A stretch of 11,776 nucleotides of DNA from Candidatus Odinarchaeota archaeon (GTDB lineage: Archaea > Asgardarchaeota > Odinarchaeia > Odinarchaeales > Odinarchaeaceae): NCBI GenBank assembly GCA_038826135.1, contig JAWBON010000036.1, positions 1-11,776 on the forward strand, in the 5' to 3' direction. The position numbers and the translations under genes were made by a program. Below the pieces are notes generated by a model that did no database searches, was not told the DNA's origin, and was given only the letters and a program-made list of their open reading frames with translations. The first letter of the stretch is position 1, and each line of letters starts with the position of its first letter. Positions 8,342-11,776 of this stretch are shown piece after piece.

Positions 8342-8897
8342 CTAGCACACCCCACCTGCGGTAAATATTATTTTCAATACCAATTTGATCTAATATTTTA
8401 CCTATTATAAAATCAATTAAATCTTCCTTTGTTTTAGGCTTATGGTAGAATCCGGGAGCTGCGGGCATAATACACGCTCCAGCTTCTTTAAGCATAGTTA
8501 AATTTCTCAAATGAATTAGTGATAAAGGTGTTTCACGGAAAACTATTATTAGAGGTTTTCCCTCTTTCAAACAGCATTCAGCAGCTCTTGAAACCGTGTT
8601 AGCTGAATAACCGTTAGATATAGCTGACACGGTCTTCATACTACAAGGGCATATTATCATACCATCTATTTTATAAGAGCCGCTGACTACAGGGGATTTA
8701 TAATCTAATTCTGAATAGTGTTCGGAAGCCATACTGGAAATTTTATCAAGCTTGTAATCTGTCTCAAACTCTATCACTTTCTTACCGGCTTCGGAGATTA
8801 TTAAAATAACCTCAACACTCCTTTTCCTCAACTCTTCTAACAGTCGAATACCGTATATTACTCCAGAAGCCCCTGTGATGGCTAATACAAGCTTCAT
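8334..8897 (-). CDS. ubiX: UbiX flavin prenyltransferase
   Basis: LAITGASGVIYG, PCSMKT, RAAECCLKE, RETPL and PAAPGFYHKP motifs; 8-nt overlap with ubiD. Confidence 0.95.
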   Translation of the reverse strand: MKLVLAITGASGVIYGIRLLEELRKRSVEVILIISEAGKKVIEFETDYKLDKISSMASEHYSELDYKSPVVSGSYKIDGMIICPCSMKTVSAISNGYSANTVSRAAECCLKEGKPLIIVFRETPLSLIHLRNLTMLKEAGACIMPAAPGFYHKPKTKEDLIDFIIGKILDQIGIENNIYRRWGVLDD

Positions 8898-8898
8898 T

Positions 8899-9243
8899 TT
8901 AAAGCCGCTCCATTACTTTTTTTAAAAGTTTTAAAACATTATCTATTAATTCCGGTTCTTGGTTTCTTATAAAAACAGATGCTATCACCGTCTTATTTAC
9001 TTTCTTAGATAATTTTTCAGCTATACTTTTAGCAAAAATATCATTCCTAACTCCGAAAACAGGATATATTGATGAAACACTCTCCCCGGTAATTGAGACA
9101 CCCGGTAAGGCGACTGCAGTTGTACCGAACATATATTCAGAATCGGATACTATTAGGAGAACACCGTTTTTAACCGATAAAGCTAGAATTTTTACACCTT
9201 CACTCTCCTCAGTAATAATATTGTAATCCAAAAACAACACCAC
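8899..9243 (-). CDS. Small protein with predicted proteasome-assembly-chaperone (PAC4/PSMG4-like; LpdD-related) fold
   Basis: 114 aa, GTG start, stop 1 nt before the ubiX ATG. Pattern of beta strands (ILALSV, GVLLIV, TTAVAL), helix IAEKLSKK, strand TVIASV and C-terminal helix resembles PAC4 as I recall it. The ORF is well supported; the family call is by eye. Confidence 0.6.
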   Translation of the reverse strand: MVLFLDYNIITEESEGVKILALSVKNGVLLIVSDSEYMFGTTAVALPGVSITGESVSSIYPVFGVRNDIFAKSIAEKLSKKVNKTVIASVFIRNQEPELIDNVLKLLKKVMERL

Positions 9244-9335
9244 GGTATAATTTACGAATATTAATTTAGCCGCGGTATTAATATAGTTGTAGCCTTTACC
9301 GTATTATAAAACCGGTTGCTTCTCGCAGCCGCTTG

Positions 9336-9340
9336 AAAAA
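9336..9340 (-). terminator. Possible oligo-T terminator after ppcA
   Basis: TTTTT on the minus strand about 20 nt past the ppcA stop, within a 116-bp gap before the next gene. Confidence 0.25.
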
Positions 9341-9359
9341 CCTTGAATGTAAAGGAGTG

Positions 9360-10826
9360 TTAACCTAGAAATCCCCTTAAACTAGCAGCGTTTAAAATAT
9401 GCTCTTTTAAACCTTCAGTCTTATTATTTACCAGTAATTTATTTATTTGATCAGTAATTTTCTTATGCTCCACACATTCTTGTACATCGTTTAAGAGCTC
9501 TTTTATAGCAGGTTGGATTTCATCTAGCATAAAGGGAGAGTCGGGGTTATAATACCTAAGCGAGTCTTTTAAATCAGATTGGAAATTAACATATACTTCT
9601 TCAACGAATTCTAAATCTTTATCGTCTAATGAGTTAAGCGCTAAAATCTCGGGTGGAATACCTATCGAGTAAAGAGCTGCTGTAAACGGGATCGCTCTAG
9701 GAAGCTTTATTTCACCAACACTTCTAGAATAACCGAATAATCCGATGTGGAGTTTCCTCTTCCTTCGGCTGGGTATAAAATTTGAAACTGTGTTGATAAT
9801 TGATGCTAATTTTCCTATCTGTTTATGGTATTCTTTAAAGTATTTAGAGATTACACCAAGAGCCTTCACTAAGTCGAAATTTTTCACTGAGCGCGTTTCC
9901 TTCTCCTTTATCTTTCTTATACCGTTTATAACCTGTTCAGGAGGATAATCATATTTGAATGCTGATTGAACAGTGAACGTGTGAACGCTAGGATATTCTC
10001 CTATAACTTTATCAACGTTTAAAGGTGTTAGATTACCTCTAAAAGGAGGTGAGCCTACTCCTATAATCGGGTATATTGGTAAACCAAGCTCTTCAGATAG
10101 GGCTTGCATTTTAATAAGCGCTATTTTATTGAGTAGAACAGCGCTTACGAGGCCGTAATTCATAGCAGGGTCTGATCTTGCTATGAAGACACGCTGGTAA
10201 CTTAAATCTTTATCAGCCACATACTCTCTTAAAATATTATCACAGTCGATAAGCCTCTTCATATCTTCGAATAAAGGTATAACGTTTATCCTCTCAGGCT
10301 TAAATCTTCCAACCCAATCAGCGATAGTGATATCTCCCTCCTTGAATGGCTTACTCTGTTTACCAACCACAAAGTCGCAGTAATACCTGTAAATTCGATC
10401 AATAAATTTAGCGGACGTAACCATCGGCAAGATCACTTCGAAGATCGGGGGTAAATCATCTTTAAAAAATAGATTCGCCGCGTCAAAGGATCGGGGGATG
10501 CTCTCCAAGGTCTCTAACAGTATTTTAGCTTCAGCTAATTCCACACTCGGATTAGGAATCCTCAAAGTTAAGAAGATGTCTCTACCAAGCCTTTTCATTC
10601 TAAAGAAGGAGGGGTATTTTGTAATTAGTTTTTTCACAACATAGTTATCAACTTCTTTACCTTCACAGTCCCACATCTGTTCATCGCAACCCAGATGAGA
10701 GAAAACATAATAGGCCTCCTGAATTTCATCCTCCCCGCTCAGCTCACTCTCCTCGGCAAAGAACGGGGTGCTAACATTATCTGGGTGTTGTGTGCTCATA
10801 CACTTCGGGATATACAAAACAAACAC
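9360..10826 (-). CDS. ppcA: Archaeal-type phosphoenolpyruvate carboxylase
   Basis: IPKCMSTQHPDN, WDCEGKEVD, RIPNP, FEVILPM, VIPLFED, RVFIARSDPAMNYG, GVGSPPFRG, TVQSAFKYD, RKLHIGLFGYSR and LPRAIPF. The true start may be the TTG at 10817 rather than the GTG at 10826. Confidence 0.95.
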   Translation of the reverse strand: MFVLYIPKCMSTQHPDNVSTPFFAEESELSGEDEIQEAYYVFSHLGCDEQMWDCEGKEVDNYVVKKLITKYPSFFRMKRLGRDIFLTLRIPNPSVELAEAKILLETLESIPRSFDAANLFFKDDLPPIFEVILPMVTSAKFIDRIYRYYCDFVVGKQSKPFKEGDITIADWVGRFKPERINVIPLFEDMKRLIDCDNILREYVADKDLSYQRVFIARSDPAMNYGLVSAVLLNKIALIKMQALSEELGLPIYPIIGVGSPPFRGNLTPLNVDKVIGEYPSVHTFTVQSAFKYDYPPEQVINGIRKIKEKETRSVKNFDLVKALGVISKYFKEYHKQIGKLASIINTVSNFIPSRRKRKLHIGLFGYSRSVGEIKLPRAIPFTAALYSIGIPPEILALNSLDDKDLEFVEEVYVNFQSDLKDSLRYYNPDSPFMLDEIQPAIKELLNDVQECVEHKKITDQINKLLVNNKTEGLKEHILNAASLRGFLG

Positions 10827-11120
10827 GCCCTGTAAATAACTGCTAACATGTAAAAATATTTCTTATTATTATAGTTTTACCTGAAAACGACGTCTCTAAA
10901 TACGTATTTCCGATTTTAAATAAAGTAGCAGATATATTAGCAAAACTTCTAACACGTTTTCACTGTTTGCAATCCCATCAAACCATTAAGATAACATGAA
11001 CTTTGCGTAATCTTCATATAATCTAAGAGTTATTTTAGAGCACGTTAACATCAATCTGTTTTTTAAAAGGTTAACAAAAAATAAATGGGGAAGATTGCAT
11101 ATAAATGCTATATTAAAAAT
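10827..11120. promoter_or_regulatory. Divergent promoter region (ppcA / tRNA-Arg)
   Basis: About 290-bp AT-rich gap between divergent genes; TATAAA at 11099-11104 upstream of the tRNA; no convincing ORF. Confidence 0.5.
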
Positions 11121-11195
11121 GGGCCCGTAGCCTAGCCAGGATAGGGCACTGGCCTCCTAAGCCAGGGGTCACCGGTTCAAGTCCGGTCGGGCCCG
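11121..11195 (+). tRNA. trnR: tRNA-Arg (anticodon CCT), intron-less, CCA not encoded
   Basis: Folded by hand: acceptor GGGCCCG/CGGGCCC; D arm GCCT-AGCCAGGATA-GGGC with the Arg identity base A20; anticodon stem CTGGC/GCCAG with loop CTCCTAA; T arm ACCGG-TTCAAGT-CCGGT; discriminator G11195 followed by CTG. Confidence 0.96.
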
Positions 11196-11776
11196 CTGCT
11201 TCACTTTTTCAATAATAGTATCCCCCTTACCTATTAGAACCGTATCTGCTAATCCTATAAACAAGCCGGTTTCAATAACGCCTGGAAGCATTTTAATTTT
11301 CATATTAAGAGACGCGGGATCGTTGATCGTGTTAAACTTGCAGTCGATGATAAAATTCCCGTTATCGGTTATAACAGGTCCTAGTTTCATCTTAGCTATT
11401 CTAACTTCAGGTTTACCACCAAGCGCCTCTATTTTTCTAGAAACAGGTGTCAGCGCCTTAGGTAAAACTTCAACTGGGATTGGAAAACCACCGAGCTTCT
11501 TCACAAATTTAGAGGAGTCTATTAGTATGATTAACTTTTTAGTGTAAGTTCCGATAATCTTTTCCTGAGTTAGCGCACCACCGCCGCCCTTAATCAGATT
11601 CATTTCCTCGTCAACTTCATCCGCCCCGTCAACTGTTATGTCTAAATTAGCTTTCTCATCAAATGTGGTTAACGGAACACCGGCTTTAATTAGTTCGAAA
11701 TATGATTGATAGGAGCTGGGCACAGCTAAGATTTTAAGCCCTTCTTTTCTACATCTTTCCCCTAAATGTTTAATAA
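11169..11776 (-). CDS. rpiA: Ribose-5-phosphate isomerase A, 5'-truncated by the window edge
   Basis: The frame stays open beyond the ORF-track start to the window end (...IKHLGERCRKEGLKILAVPSSYQS). Motifs DITVDGADEVD, LIKGGGGALTQEKI, PIPVEV, GPVITDNGNFIIDC and PGVIETGLF. Confidence 0.95.
   Translation of the reverse strand, partial: IKHLGERCRKEGLKILAVPSSYQSYFELIKAGVPLTTFDEKANLDITVDGADEVDEEMNLIKGGGGALTQEKIIGTYTKKLIILIDSSKFVKKLGGFPIPVEVLPKALTPVSRKIEALGGKPEVRIAKMKLGPVITDNGNFIIDCKFNTINDPASLNMKIKMLPGVIETGLFIGLADTVLIGKGDTIIEKVKQRARPDLNR
11205..11209 (+). terminator. Possible oligo-T terminator of the tRNA gene
   Basis: TTTTT 10 nt downstream of the tRNA 3' end; archaeal intrinsic terminators are T-tracts. 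The run is short. Confidence 0.35.

Noticed and set aside
10880-11030. Short minus-strand reading frames in the ppcA-tRNA gap (for example MKITQSSCYLNGLMGLQTVKTC)
   Set aside because: Under 30 codons, with no SD or recognisable motif; no evidence for a peptide or pseudogene.
11121-11195. tRNA-Arg as an integration site
   Set aside because: No integrase or duplicated tRNA 3' end seen in the window; the flanks are core genes.
9745-11547. Track ORFs 9745-9948 (+) and 11323-11547 (+)
   Set aside because: Antisense to ppcA and rpiA.

Overview
AT-rich archaeal chromosomal window, dense in housekeeping genes, with no mobile element or CRISPR array. The lineage cannot be fixed from sequence alone, although a PAC4-like gene is compatible with an Asgard/TACK-type archaeon (inference). 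From left to right: (1) a Hef/FANCM-type DEAH helicase on the minus strand (1611 to <1, absent from the ORF track, truncated by the window); (2) a plus-strand trio of PRC-barrel protein, Zn-ribbon/PUA/PAPS-reductase-like/ferredoxin protein and HD phosphohydrolase; (3) a tightly coupled minus-strand five-gene run of PAC4/LpdD-fold small protein, ubiX, ubiD-family decarboxylase, AcnX large subunit and AcnX small subunit, which contains the signature enzymes of the archaeal modified (Aeropyrum-type) mevalonate pathway; (4) archaeal PEP carboxylase ppcA; (5) tRNA-Arg(CCU); and (6) rpiA, which is 5'-truncated and whose 3' end runs antisense into the tRNA. The best lead is the 114-aa proteasome-assembly-chaperone-fold gene ending 1 nt before ubiX, a candidate prenylated-FMN chaperone for archaeal isoprenoid synthesis or a PAC4 homologue. 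All family assignments come from motif recognition by eye; no searches were run.
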